Source: Heterodontus francisci (Eukaryota). From it: a DNA stretch of 64,000 nucleotides. The stretch covers positions 28,782,262 through 28,846,261 of the forward strand of contig NC_090413.1 of the NCBI RefSeq assembly GCF_036365525.1, written 5' to 3'. The position numbers and the translations under genes were made by a program. Of this stretch, positions 12,314-24,073 are shown piece after piece (position 1 is the stretch's first letter; every line of letters begins with the position of its first letter). The notes below the pieces were generated by a model that was not told where the DNA came from, made no database searches, and was given only the letters and a program-made list of their open reading frames with translations.

Positions 12314-12914
12314 ACATTTCTATGCTATTTTATCAAAAGTGTTAACCTGTTTAAATAAAGATGATGCAATTGTTTTCTAAATAAACAATCGAATGACCAC
12401 TGCAAACAATAAACATATCAATACAATATATTTATCTGTTATATTTTTAAATCACGGAGTCACAGCATTCTATTTGAAAATACCTTCAAGACTCATGTGT
12501 CAAACTCTGGTAATGGGAAATCCCATCGGAAGACTGTCAACAGTTACCTACTGTACCAGTCATGCCTGTATTCGTCACTTTGATTGATATTTATAACGCT
12601 GAAAGACCTGCCATGCATTGTTAGTGCCAGCCCAGTAGTGAAACTATTTACATCTTTGAAGTCAGTTGTGTGCAAGCATGTGGCTCCATTACAGATCCAC
12701 TGGGTGGCAATGTAGAATAAATATATTAAAAAGCCTCTCACTGCATTCAGATAGCAGCCTTTTTAAACCTCCATGCGCTGAGGCCTTTCCCCCAAAGTTT
12801 CCACCTGAACAAAATGGTGCCTCCTTCAGATATTGCATCAGATTCCAAATCCTCAATATTCCCGGACAGAAAATGGGAACCAAGAATCCACAAAGCATAG
12901 AAATGTTCCAGAAA

Positions 12915-13537
12915 TTGAACTCGACTGACCACCTAAATACTGTGGCTACAAGAGCAGGTCAGAGGCTGGGAATTCTGTGGCGAGTAACTCACCTCCTGTC
13001 TCCCCAAAGCCTGTCCATCATCTACAAGGCACATGTCAGGAGTGTGATTGAATACCCTCCACTTGCCTGGATGGGTGCAGCTCCAACAACACTCAAGAAG
13101 CTCGACACCATCCAGGACAAAGCAGCTGGCTTGATTGGCACTCCATCTATCACCTTCAACATTCACTCCCTTCACCACCGACACACAGTGCCTGCACTGC
13201 AGCAACGCACCAAGGCTCCTTAGACAGCACCTTCCAAACCCGCGACCTCTACCAACTAGAAGGACAAGGGCAGCAGATGCATGGGAGCACCACCAGCTGC
13301 AAGTTCCCCTCCAAGTTACACACCATCCTGACTTGGAACTATATTGCCGTTCCTTCACTGTCGCTGGGTCAAATTCCTGGAACTCCCTTCCTAAAAGCAG
13401 TGTGGGTTTACCTACCCCACATGGACTGCAGTGGTTCAAGAAGACAGCTCACCACCACCTTCTCAAGGGCAATTAGGGATGGGCAATAAATGCTGGCCTA
13501 GCCAGAGATGCCCACAACCCATGAATGAATAAAAAAA
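12915..13537 (+). mobile_element. CR1-group LINE 3' fragment (same family as 21686-25860)
   Basis: ATRAGQRLGIL...LSIIYKAHVRSVIEY; 3' end ggcaataaatgctggcc...atgaatgaataaaaaaa. Confidence 0.85.
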
Positions 13538-13648
13538 GTCAAATTACACAAGAATGCTGAAGAAACAAACAACAGCAGTTACAACAGGTGGGTGGGCTAG
13601 ATGAACCACTAATTTTTTTCTCCAGTGCGTTACATTCTCTGCTTCAAT

Positions 13649-14358
13649 GGCCAGAATTTTACGGTGGATGGACGGATGCTGGAGTCCGACGTGAAAGTCG
13701 GTGTTGAACCACCTCCGTCTAGCCAGGGGATCCGTCCCGTATTTTATGGGTCCCCAGGCTTCAATTGTCCTGAGGTGGGACATCCCCCCAACTTGAGGGA
13801 GGAGGTCCCGCCTCAGTCAGCTGCTGGTCATTCAGCGGGCCGGCAGCTCTTAGTTCCAGCAGCGCAACCAGGAGCGTTGGCCACTGCTGGGACTGCAGCC
13901 CAGCCGACACCATGGATCGAGGAGGGAAGGTAAGTAGGGGCATGCCTCACCAGAGGGATCGGTCTGGTGAGGCTGGAGTGGTCGTTTGGGGGGCGGGGGT
14001 TGTCTTGGGTCCCGTGGATGGGTTGGGAGGTGGGGGCGGCCCTCAATCTGGCCCAACTGCCATGCCCCCCTACCGGGGCGCAGAAAGGACAGCAGCTATC
14101 GCTGGGTGGCCTCTCACTTCCCCAGCACACCCACTTGCCATGGGTAAAATACCCGTGGAGTCAGGCGAGGGTCCTTAAGTGGCCACTTAAGGGTCCTGAT
14201 TGGCCTCGGGTGGACGGGTCGTTTCCCAACCCCCGCCCGACGCCATGAACATGTCTGGAGGCGGAAGTGGGGCAGGTAGGCCTCCAGGAGCCTGCTGCTC
14301 AATTTTACGTTGCTCCACACCACCATCCGACCCGCTGGGGCGGCGTAAAATTCCGGCC
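13649..14358. mobile_element. GC-rich MITE, probably PIF/Harbinger-derived
   Basis: TIRs ggccagaattttacg / cgtaaaattccggcc; 3-bp TSD (tat/tat in the paralogue at 62423-62782). Confidence 0.7.
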
Positions 14359-14948
14359 TATGTTTTCTTTTTTTCCATCACAATATCGTTTCAGACAAAA
14401 TAGGATCATTTCTCCCCAGAGTATTTCTGCATGAGTGTTGGACAATTATATCAGTCTTTCTGCAGTATTCATGAGCTAGATGTTCTCTTTTCATTCTTCA
14501 CAACTGTTGCTCTGTTGAACATGCTATTTTAGCGTTCTTCATCTCCCATTTAATAGATCCTATTCATATCCCTCATGTTACAACAGCCCAGTGTGGCTCA
14601 GCTTCCAATTGCTCCTCGCTTGTCCATGTGGAAGTGTCTGGCCTTCACTTAGCATCTCACCCAATGGTCTGGTCAGGACATGTATCTTGTTATATGGGGG
14701 ACTCAGGCCACATACTCACATGATTGCACTCTGTGGTCAGTAATGGACAGTGTCCCCACACAGCCCCGTCCTGTGTTCTGCATTCTGATCAAGCTTGGAA
14801 ATAAAAAGAGCCACTGAAAATCAGGATAAATGTGAGACCAATTCTGTTTTTTTTCAGGACTAAGAGAAGGGTCAGTATGAGTTTCATTGGTCTCCATTTG
14901 AAATAAAAAACCTCACTAACTATTTGTAACCAAAATGATGCAACTTAC

Positions 14949-15230
14949 ACAAGACGTGGAGGGTGTCAACCTGTTGTTTAACATGGCTTGTTGACGGATC
15001 TTGAAGTTTCAGTTCAGCCTCGCAGGTGTACTGCTGTCCATCCAGCTTTGCTTCTGCATCCACAGTATAGTAGATACTGAGCCCAGTACTACTTGATTCA
15101 TTCACTAATATGTCATTTCTGTTCTTCAGACTGAGTTGAAGTTCCCCTGAGACATTAAACACACTGCAGGTAATATTAACTGGGTTTCCTTCAGGGCTGA
15201 TTGGTACTTGGATTTCAGGGTCAGGAAAAA
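14949..15230 (-). CDS. Copy 1 Ig domain 4 exon
   Basis: Acceptor atttttacag, donor T|gtaagt, 282 bp. FPDPEI...EGNPVNITCSV...DGQQYTCEAELKL...LHVL. Confidence 0.9.
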
Positions 15231-15871
15231 CTGTAAAAATAATAGAGAAAAGTTGTTAGAAACACTCCCAAGCTTATCTTACAGCTGCTCAGTGTGAAAA
15301 TTCATCCTGGAGACTTGATCTGTTGTGCTGTTTTATCATTGATCCATATTACATGCCTGTGCCACACAGACACATCCAGCTACTGCACTAAGGCTGGGTA
15401 GAGAACTTTAATCACTTTCAATCAATGACCATCTGATACATGATTTTGTAAGTGGAACCGGATTTAAAAAAAAATCTGAGATCATACCCTATCTTCACGA
15501 AATGTACTCACTCATCACTGAGCACAACTCATTTATCTCATTACATGATTGTTCCTTTGTCAAGATGAGACATAATATTGTGTTTACAATCCAAATCCAG
15601 TCACTTGTTTCAACACTCGCTTTTAATCAGGGAATATCGAGTGCGACTAACACTTTCTCATGATCTTGGAATACCAAGTGTTTCTAAGACATCTTAAGCT
15701 GCTTCTCTTTGAGTATCTGTGAATATGCAAATATTTGAATAAACTTCCTAACTTGTCACTCAACGGAAGGGATTTTATTGTTTAAAGTAAACCTGACATG
15801 CTGCAATTTTGACTATCATGAACTATCAGAATGCTATCAAATCATAATGCCTCCACAACCAGAATCCTTAC

Positions 15872-16165
15872 CAAACACCTCAATGAAGACGCTATCATTC
15901 TTTGGTGGAACTGATGGATATTCCTCAAAATCTGCTGTACAGACGACTTCCATCAGACCAGCCACCTGTGGTTTCCATGTCGTTGTTGTTCGGACAGTAT
16001 TAGAATTTGGCCTTGTTGTAACTGAATTCAGTTCTTTACCATCCTGAAACCACCTGACTCTCATCTTCTCAGCAGGATAGACATTTGGGACCTCACATGT
16101 TAACGTGGCCTCTTGCTTCATTTCTATGGGCCTCTTGTCAAGGATTCGAGGTGGATCCAGAAAAG
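15872..16165 (-). CDS. Copy 1 Ig domain 3 exon
   Basis: Acceptor tgtgttgcag, donor G|gtaagg, 294 bp. ATLTCEVPNVYPAEKMRVRWFQDG...VVCTADF (VCAM/ICAM C2-like). Confidence 0.9.
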
Positions 16166-17355
16166 CTGCAACACAGACAAGGAATTCACTTCATTTTGAT
16201 TTGCTGTGCTGTGATTCAGTTGCTATTGGACAGAGTGGAAAACTGACCAGTACTGGTATTCCCCAATACACACATCCCAGGAGTCTATCACACTGTTCAC
16301 TGAGAGAAAACTGGAGCCATCATCAGGAGATCACATACTTTATTTTTTAAATTAATTCTTCCTACTCTTCAGGCAGCCCTAGTATCTAAATCTGCTACTT
16401 TTGTGCCAGCCACTATGAGTGGTACAGTCTGATGCATTCACTGATTAACCTTTATTGTGATCTTTACTTGTATCTGCTACAACATCCCAGTTGAGGCTCA
16501 GACCTCAGTGTGGGTGACTCTGGGTGTAAATCTTTCAAGCTTTTTTGCTGCTCCTGCATGGTGAGATTGACTGATCTGCTCCTTGACCATCACCTCTACT
16601 GACCACTATGAGGTGTGCAAAGCTGTCACATGAGTTTCCTTCAGACATTCCCGTCACTATTAGGAAGCATCTGGCTGCCATCTGGCAAAAGCAAGAGAGT
16701 GATAATATCAACATGTGGGCCATCCTGGAGATAAACATACTTTGCACCAATTTGTTTGTTGCAGAAGAGTAATCAAGCACAGGGAAAAGCCATTTGGCCC
16801 AGAAAGCTCATTTTACTAATGGCTTATCTCTGCGAGCCTAGTATTCAAGCATTGCCTGAAAGATTATTGAGTAAAAGATACCTACTATTATCTTCTTATT
16901 CGATTAATATTGGCTTATCTATAGCATTTAATATTTTATACACCTTCCTGAGAGTGTCCTTTAGCCTTCCTCTTGCTACACTGCAGAGCTCATCTTCATA
17001 CCAGGAATCAGGTTAGGGCCCTTGGATGTCTTTTTGGAGTCAAGTTAATAAGATCTTAGGTTGGTAGAAAAGGTCTTGCAAAATCTTTCTTGACCCATTC
17101 AAACTAAGCTTTGCGCACACCCAAGCTGGCTAAAAGATTTGCAGTAATTTACCGCTACACTTTGGGCAATTGAGAAAACTGCATATTTGAGGTGGGTCCA
17201 AGATGAACAATTCTTATCCAACACATTTTGTGGTATGGATAAAACAGGAGCTAATGAGATCATCACTGCATTGCTTCCCACTGTTTATTCTCTACAAATT
17301 ATCGATATTTAACCATTCTCAAAAAGAGAACATTTCTTGTTCAAGTGGAACTTAC

Positions 17356-17670
17356 AGTAAGTTTGCAGAGTCACAGAGGAGTTTGTGATTGGTTTTGTGG
17401 TGTTTGAGCCCAAGTCCACCTCTGCCAAGCAGGTGTACTCCTGTCCATCATCTGACATACTTGCAGTGAATTGGAAGATGTTCCTCAATCTTTTATCTTC
17501 ATCCGGGAAACCTTCTTCTCCTGTGAAATTCCTCTGAACAATCTCACTCCCTCTCAGCCATGTGAGTTTGAGTTTATTGTTTGGATAGACCCTCGGACCA
17601 ATACACTCCAGACTATATGTCTTGTTAACTTCCAGCACTTCAGGAGGTGATGTAATGTTTAACTCTCGAT
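17356..17670 (-). CDS. Copy 1 Ig domain 2 exon
   Basis: Acceptor ctttaacag, donor T|gtaagt, 315 bp. YSLECIGPRVYPNNKLKLTWLRGSE...DDGQEYTCLAEVDLG, ICAM D2-like. Confidence 0.9.
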
Positions 17671-18161
17671 CTGTTAAAGGAGAATCAGTTAACATAATTC
17701 ACTGAAATAATGTATCTGGGCACCCTCTGCTCCATCACACATGCATCTGAGTGAATATGTGCAACATGACTTTATCCCAACCACAAATACCATGTTCAAT
17801 CTCCCCCATTAAAGATTAGCACATTGATCTCTCTTCACTCTGCATTATACCATCATCAGAAATAATTAAGTCATTAACTGACAGCAATAACTACACAAAG
17901 TTGTATTTTCAGGCAAGAAGTTTTCCTAAAGTGGAATACTGAAACAATTGGCATCTACATAGAATCTGATCCCCAACTGAACACACCTTGAATTAAAATA
18001 AACTGACAAAGCTATATTTGTTCCAAATACTGAACTGAATGCATGCAAATTATAAGCTGAAGCTTAATTATTGCATTGTTTAAACATTTAAAATAGTCTA
18101 ACTGTAAATTAACTAGTCATTTGGTAGTACAGAACTTGAGTATTGCTGAGAATAGAGATAT

Positions 18162-18199
18162 TTTGTCGAAGCTTTTCGTCTTGCACTCATCAGGACAAA
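18162..18199 (-). ncRNA. Minimal type I hammerhead ribozyme
   Basis: TTTGTC-CTGATGA-GT GCAAG AC-GAAA-AGCT-TC-GACAAA: stem I TTTGTC/GACAAA, intact core, palindromic stem III. Confidence 0.85.
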
Positions 18200-18506
18200 T
18201 CACAGGAATACCAATGTAAGGGAAGCAACAAATTTATACTGTATGAGAAGAGAGTGCTGATTGGTTGGGAAGTGGACTCTGACTGGTAGAGGCGTTGCCA
18301 TGGAGAATGCACCAGTTTATGGTGACAGATAACTACCAAGCTTTGTTTGAAATTTCAACCAGGCAGCTTGACTCTGATTGGTCAAAGCATTGCCCTATGG
18401 AATGAACCAGCAAATGGCTGTCACTTATTTTGTTTAGGTGAAACAGGCATAATGTGTGTACATGTTCTTTCTGTCTGCAAAGAACAGGGCCCTGTGTATT
18501 AATATA

Positions 18507-20000
18507 CAAAGTGATTCCTGACAATGCAGCCGGCCATTGATGTCATCAGGCTGCGCCAAGGTGCGCACATGCACAGACCGGTTCCTGCTCTCTGTGCATG
18601 CGCTGCGTTCCGACTTGCCAGGACTGGTTAGCGCATGCGCCGATGATGTCATCGCGTGATGTGTGCATCTTCGGGCAATGCGCCTGGTCGGCCTCTGCGC
18701 ACACGCTTTATGCATACAGCAATGCAACGCCAACGGGTATTCACCCATGCGTCAAGCTCCGCTCACCCCACCCTCGTTGCTCTCTCCGGCCGCTCCGCTC
18801 CCCCACTCGCTGCTCTCTCTGGCCGCTCTGCTCCCCCATTCGCTGCTCTCTCCGGCCACTCTGCTCCCCCCCTCGCTGCTCTCTCTGGCCGCTCCGCTCC
18901 CCCACTTGCTGCTCTCTCTGGCCGCTCCGCTCCCCCCCTCGCTGCTCTCTCTGGCCGCTCCCCACCCCCCTCGCTGCTCTCTCCGGCCGCTCCGCTCTTC
19001 CGGCTGCTCTGCTCCCCGCCTCGCTGCTCTTTTGGCTGCTCCACTCCCCCCCTCGCTGCTCTTTCGGCCGCTCCGCTCCCCGCCTCACTGGTTTCTCCGG
19101 CCGCTCCGCTCTTCCGGCTGCTCCGCTCCCCCCCTCGCTGCTCTTTCGGCTGCTCTGCTCCCCCCCTCGCTGCTCTCTCCGGCCGCTCTGCTCCCCCGCC
19201 TCACTGCTCTCTCCAGCTGCTCCGCTTTTTCAGCTGCTCTGCTCCCCCCCTCGCTGCTCTCTCCGACCGCGCCGCACCCCCCCCTCGCTGCTCTCTCGGC
19301 CGCTCTCCTCCCCCCACTCACTGCTCTCTCCGACCGCGCCGCTCCCCCCCTGGCGGCTCTCTCAGCTGCTCCGCTCCCCCCCTCGCTGCTCTCTCGGCTG
19401 CTCTCCTCCCCCCCTCACTGCTCTCTCCGACCGCGCCGCTCCCCCCCCTGGCGGCTCTCTCAGCTGCTCCGTTCCCCCCCCTCGCTTCTCTCTCGGCCGC
19501 TCTGCTCCCCCCTCGCTGTTCTGTCCGGCCGCACCGCTCTTTCGGCCACTCCGCTCCCCGCCTCACTGCTCTCTCCGGCCGCTCCGCTCTTTCAGCTGCT
19601 CCGCCACCCCCCCTCCTCGCTGCTCTCTCCGACCGCGCCGCTCCCCCCCTCGCTGCTCTCTGGCCGCCCCGCTCTTTCCGGCCGCTCCAATCCCCCCCTC
19701 CCCCCCCCCCATCCCCGGCCCGCTCCGCTCCCCCGACCCCGACCTGGGCCCGCTCCGCTCCCCTTCCACCCCATATCCCCGGCCCGTTCCGCTCCGCTCC
19801 GCTCCCCCCGTCCCGCTCCCCCACTGTCTCCCTCCCGCCATTGTGTGCTACCATGTGTTTAGGTTAGGTTATCTTCGTGTGATTATTTGAGCAGCACCAT
19901 CTTTAGTCCTGGCAGCTGCCTGAAGTCGCAGACTGTAACGTTTTCGTGACATGTGCCACTGCAGCGCCACCTCGTGGTAGCATTGTCAGCAAATGCAGCC
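18507..20000. mobile_element. Non-autonomous element with 9-bp TSD and internal minisatellite (MULE-like candidate)
   Basis: TSD attaatata (18498-18506 / 20001-20009); inverted CTGACAATGC exactly 11 bp in from each end. Confidence 0.75.
18755..19835. repeat. GC-rich minisatellite, unit ~33 bp like CCCCCCTCGCTGCTCTCTCCGGCCGCTCCGCT
   Basis: Many degenerate tandem copies with higher-order variants. Confidence 0.95.
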
Positions 20001-20235
20001 ATTAATATATATAGCTTCCAGTATGCACAAATGCACCCACACTGCGAGCCCGACTGACAATCTTAAATTGGTTGAAAGCATAATTCTTAGCACACTGAGG
20101 ATCATATAGCAAATGTTGTCCAATCGTGGAATCACAGCTAATGTTGGACACTGTGTTTTGAGTTTTGCAAGCACAGGCTGGTCAGGTACAGCCTGTACCT
20201 TGCCCGTTGCAAACAGCGAAGGGATATAGAGTCTA

Positions 20236-20302
20236 TATAGAGATACAGCACCGAAACAGGCCCTTCGGCCCACCCAGTCCGCCATGACCATCAACCACCC
20301 AT
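20236..20302 (-). mobile_element. HE1-like SINE / CR1 3' tail fragment
   Basis: agagatacagcaccgaaacaggcccttcggccc matches the SINE tail at 7134. Confidence 0.7.
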
Positions 20303-20324
20303 GTTGTTTGATCTACGCTGACTA

Positions 20325-21685
20325 TCCCTGATTAATCCGTGCCTTTCTAAGTGACAGTTTATCCTATCCTATCTCTCAGAATTGATTCTAATAATTTGCC
20401 CACCACTGAGGTCAAACTGACCAGCCTATAATTATTTGGCCTATCCTTCACACTCTTTTTAAGCAATGGCACAATGTTCGTAGACTGCCTGTATCGAGTG
20501 AGGATTTGAAAATGATCCTCAGAGCATCCACAATTTTCTCCCTGGTTTCCTTTAACAGCCTGGGATAAAATCTATCCAGCCCTGGTGAGTTATTCACTTT
20601 CAAGGACGTCAGACCTTCTAGTACTTCGTCTCTCATTATGCTTATCGTATCTAATATTTCACACTTCTCTTTGACTACAATGTCTGCATCATCCCTCTCC
20701 TTTGTGAAGACAGGGACAAAGTACTCATTAAGAACCCTGCCCACATCTTCTGCATCCATGCATAAGTTGCCTTGTACATCTCCGATAGGCCTTACCCTTT
20801 CCCTAGTTATCCTCTTAATGTACTGATAAAATATCTTTGGGGTTTCCTTGATTTTGCCTGCCAATATTTCTTCATGTCTTGTCTTTGCTTTCCTAATTTC
20901 CTTTTTTACTTCATCTCTGCAATTTCTATACTTCTCTAGGCTTTCTAAAGTATAAGTTTTTTTGTGACTGTCGTAAGTTTTCTGTTTCTGCTTTATCTTA
21001 CCCTGTATGCTTCTAAATAACCAAGTGGCTCTAGATTTGGCTGTATCACCCTTTTTCTTTGTGGGGACATGTCGACACTGTGCCTGTAGAATCTTGCTTT
21101 TGAATGCCTCCCACTGGTTTGCCACTGATTTTCCTTCAAGTAGCTGTATCCAATCTACTTTCGGCAGGTCACCTCTCAGCTTCGTAAAATTTGCCTTCCC
21201 TCAATTTAGAACTTTTATCTTTGTCCATTTCCATAATAATGCTGAATCTAACTGTATTATTGTCACTATCTCCAAAATAGTCTCCCACTGCCACTTCATC
21301 CACTTGCCCAGCTTCATTTCCTGAGACTAAATCTAGAATTGCACTCCCTCTTGTTGGGCTTGTTACATGCTGGCTAAAAAAGTTCTCTTGAACACAGTTC
21401 AAGAATTTTGTGTCCTCTGTGTCCTTCACACTGTTTGTAACCCAGTCGATATTAGAGTAGTTGAAATCCCCAACTACTATTGCCCTATTGTCTTTGCACT
21501 TAGAAATCTACATACATATTTGTCCTTCTCTCTCCCTTTCACTATTTGGGGTTCTATAGTACACTGCTAGTAGTGTGGCTGCCCCTTTTTTATTTCTGAG
21601 CTCAACCCATATGGCCTCATTTGATGATTCATTTAGCACATCATCCCTCCTCACAGTTGTAATTAATTCTTTAACCAATAATGCT
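20325..21685 (-). mobile_element. Decayed CR1 (endonuclease/linker), resumes at ~25861-25956
   Basis: EAIWVELRNKKG, YYRTPN, PTRGSAILDLV, NNSPGLDRFYPRLLKE motifs. Confidence 0.85.
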
Positions 21686-22386
21686 ACCCTGGTATACTCT
21701 GGGTGGGAAACTTCAATGTCCATCACCAAGAGTGGCTCGGTAGCACCACTACTGACAGAGCTGGCCGAGTCCTAAAGGACATAGCTGTTAGACTGGATCT
21801 GCGGCAGGTGGTGGGGGAACCAACACGAGGGAAAAACATACTTGACCTCGTCCTCACCAATCTGCCTGCCGCAGATGCTTCTGTCCATGACAGTATTGGT
21901 AGGAGTGACCACCGCACAGTCCTTGTGGAGACGAAGTGCCGCCTTCACATTGAGGATACCGTCCATCGTGTTGTGTGGCACTATCACCATGCTAAATGGG
22001 ATAGATTTCGAACAGCTCTAGCAATGCAAAACTGGGCATCCATGAGGCGCTGTGGGCCATCAGCAGCAGAATTGTACTCAACCACAATCTGTAACCTCAT
22101 GACCCGGCATATCCCCCACTCTACCATTACCATCAAGCCAGGAGACCAACCCTGATTCAATGAAGAGTGCAGGAGGGCATGCCAGGAGCAGCACCAGGCA
22201 TACCTCAAAATGAAGTGTCAACCTGGTGAAGCTACAACACACGACTATCTGCGTGCCAAACAGCGTAAGCAGCATGCGATAGACAGAGCTAAGCGATCCC
22301 ATAACCAACGAATCAGATCTAAGCTCTGCAGTCCTGCCACATCCAGCCGTGAATGGTGGTGGACAATTAAACAACTAACTGGAGGA

Positions 22387-24073
22387 AAACAAGAAATGCT
22401 GGATTCACTCAGCAGGTCTGGCAGCATCTGTGGAAAGAGAAGCAGAGTTAACGTTTCGGGTCAGTGACCCTCCTTCGGAACTGACAAATATTAGAAAAGT
22501 CACAGATTATAAACAAGTGAGGTGGGAGTTGGGCAAGAGATAACAAAGGAGAAGGTGCAGATTGGACCAGGCCACATAGCTGACCAAAAGGTCACGGAGC
22601 AAAGGCAAACAATATGTTAATGCTGTGTTGAAAGACAAAGCATTAGTACAGATTAGGTGTGAATATACTGAATATTGAACAGCAGCAAGTGCAAACCTGA
22701 AGAAAAACAACCTGAAAAAAACAGTGGGTAAGCAAACTGAACAAACGGAGATGAAATGAAATAAATGCAAAAAAAGATTGTAAAAAATGTAAAAAGGAAT
22801 GTCAAAAAAAAAAGGAAGAAAAAATAACTAAAAATGACTAAAAATGAAAGTAAAGTGGGGGGCTGTCATGCTCTGAAATTATTGAACTCAATGTTCAGTC
22901 CGGCAGGCTGTAGTGTGCCTAATCGGTAGATGAGATGCTGTTCCTCGAGCTTGCGTTGACGTTCACTGGAACACTGCAGCAATCCCAGGACAGAGATGTG
23001 AGCATGAGAGCAGGGGGGAGTGTTGAAATGGCAAGCAACCGGAAGCTCAGGGTCCTGCTTGCGGACTGAGCGGAGATGTTCCGCAAAGCGGTCAGCCAGT
23101 CTGCGCTTGGTCTCCCCAATGTAGAGGAGACCACACTGTGAGCAGCGAATACAGTATACTACATTGAAAGAAGTACAAGTAAATCGCTGCTTCACCTGAA
23201 AGGAGTGTTTGGGGCCTGGGATAGTGAGGAGAGAGGAGGTAAATGGGCAGGTATCACACCTCCTGCAATTGCAAGGGAAGGTGCCCTGGGACGGGGACGA
23301 GGTGGTGGGGGACATTGGGGAGACCAAGCGCAGACTGGGTGACCGCTTTGCGGAACATCTCCGCTCAGTCCGCAAGCAGGACCCTGAGCTTCCGGTTGCT
23401 TGCCATTTCAACACTCCCCCCTGCTCTCATGCTCACATCTCTGTCCTGGGATTGCTGCAGTGTTCCAGTGAACATCAACGCAAGCTCGAGGAACAGCATC
23501 TCATCTACCGATTAGGCACACTGCAGCCTGCCGGACTGAACATTGAGTTCAATAATTTCAGAGCATGACAGCCCCCCACTTTACTTTCATTTTTAGTTAT
23601 TTTTTCTTCCTTTTTTTTGACATTCCTTTTTACATTTTTTACAATCTTTTTTTGCATTTATTTCATTTCATCTTAGTTTGTTCAGTTTGCTTACCCACTG
23701 TTTTTTTCAGGTTGTTTTTCTTCAGGTTTGCACTTGCTGCTGTTCAATATTCAGTATATTCACACCTAATCTGTACTAATGCTGTGTCTTTCAACACAGC
23801 ATTAACATATTGTTTGCCTTTGCTCCGTGACCTTTTGGTCAGCTATGTGGCCTGGTCCAATCTGCACCTTCTCCTTTGTTATCTCTTGCCCCACCCCCAC
23901 CTCACTTGTTTATAATCTGTGACTTTTCTAATATTTGTCAGTTCCGAAGAAGGGTCACTGACCCGAAACGTTAACTCTGCTTCTCTTTCCACAGATGCTG
24001 CCAGACCTGCTGAGTGAATCCAGCATTTCTTGTCTTTGTTTCAGATTTCCAGCATCCGCAGTATTTTGCTTTT
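22387..24073. mobile_element. Penelope-like insertion arranged as a long inverted repeat
   Basis: GIY-YIG ORF (NVVYCIRCSQCGLLYIGETKRRLADRFAEH); arms 22387-23122 and 23312-~24033; 14-bp TSD aactaactggagga (22373-22386 / 24074-24087). Confidence 0.92.
23940..23976 (+). ncRNA. Variant minimal hammerhead motif in the Penelope pLTR (mirror copy 22446-22482 on minus)
   Basis: AGTT-CCGAAGA-A-GGGTC ACT GACCC-GAAA-CGTT-AACT; core reads CCGA instead of CTGA. Confidence 0.6.

Larger units (their letters stand above)
18148..20225 (-). mobile_element. Penelope-like element 3' fragment (GIY-YIG C-terminus + pLTR), split by an insertion
   Basis: DSTIGQHLL...QFKIVSRARS...LEAIYIN (20001-20130) continues in frame as TQGPVLCRQKEHVHTL (from 18497) once the insert is removed; hammerhead lies downstream. 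Confidence 0.82.

Noticed and set aside
12544-12741. ORF conserved in both copies as a possible extra exon
   Set aside because: No Ig pattern or acceptor; conservation is explained by the recent duplication.
18755-19835. CRISPR-like repeat array
   Set aside because: No unique spacers, degenerate contiguous units, vertebrate context, no cas genes.
18598-19890. Three overlapping ~400-aa ORFs
   Set aside because: Artefacts of a stop-free GC-rich minisatellite; all three frames are open and low-complexity.
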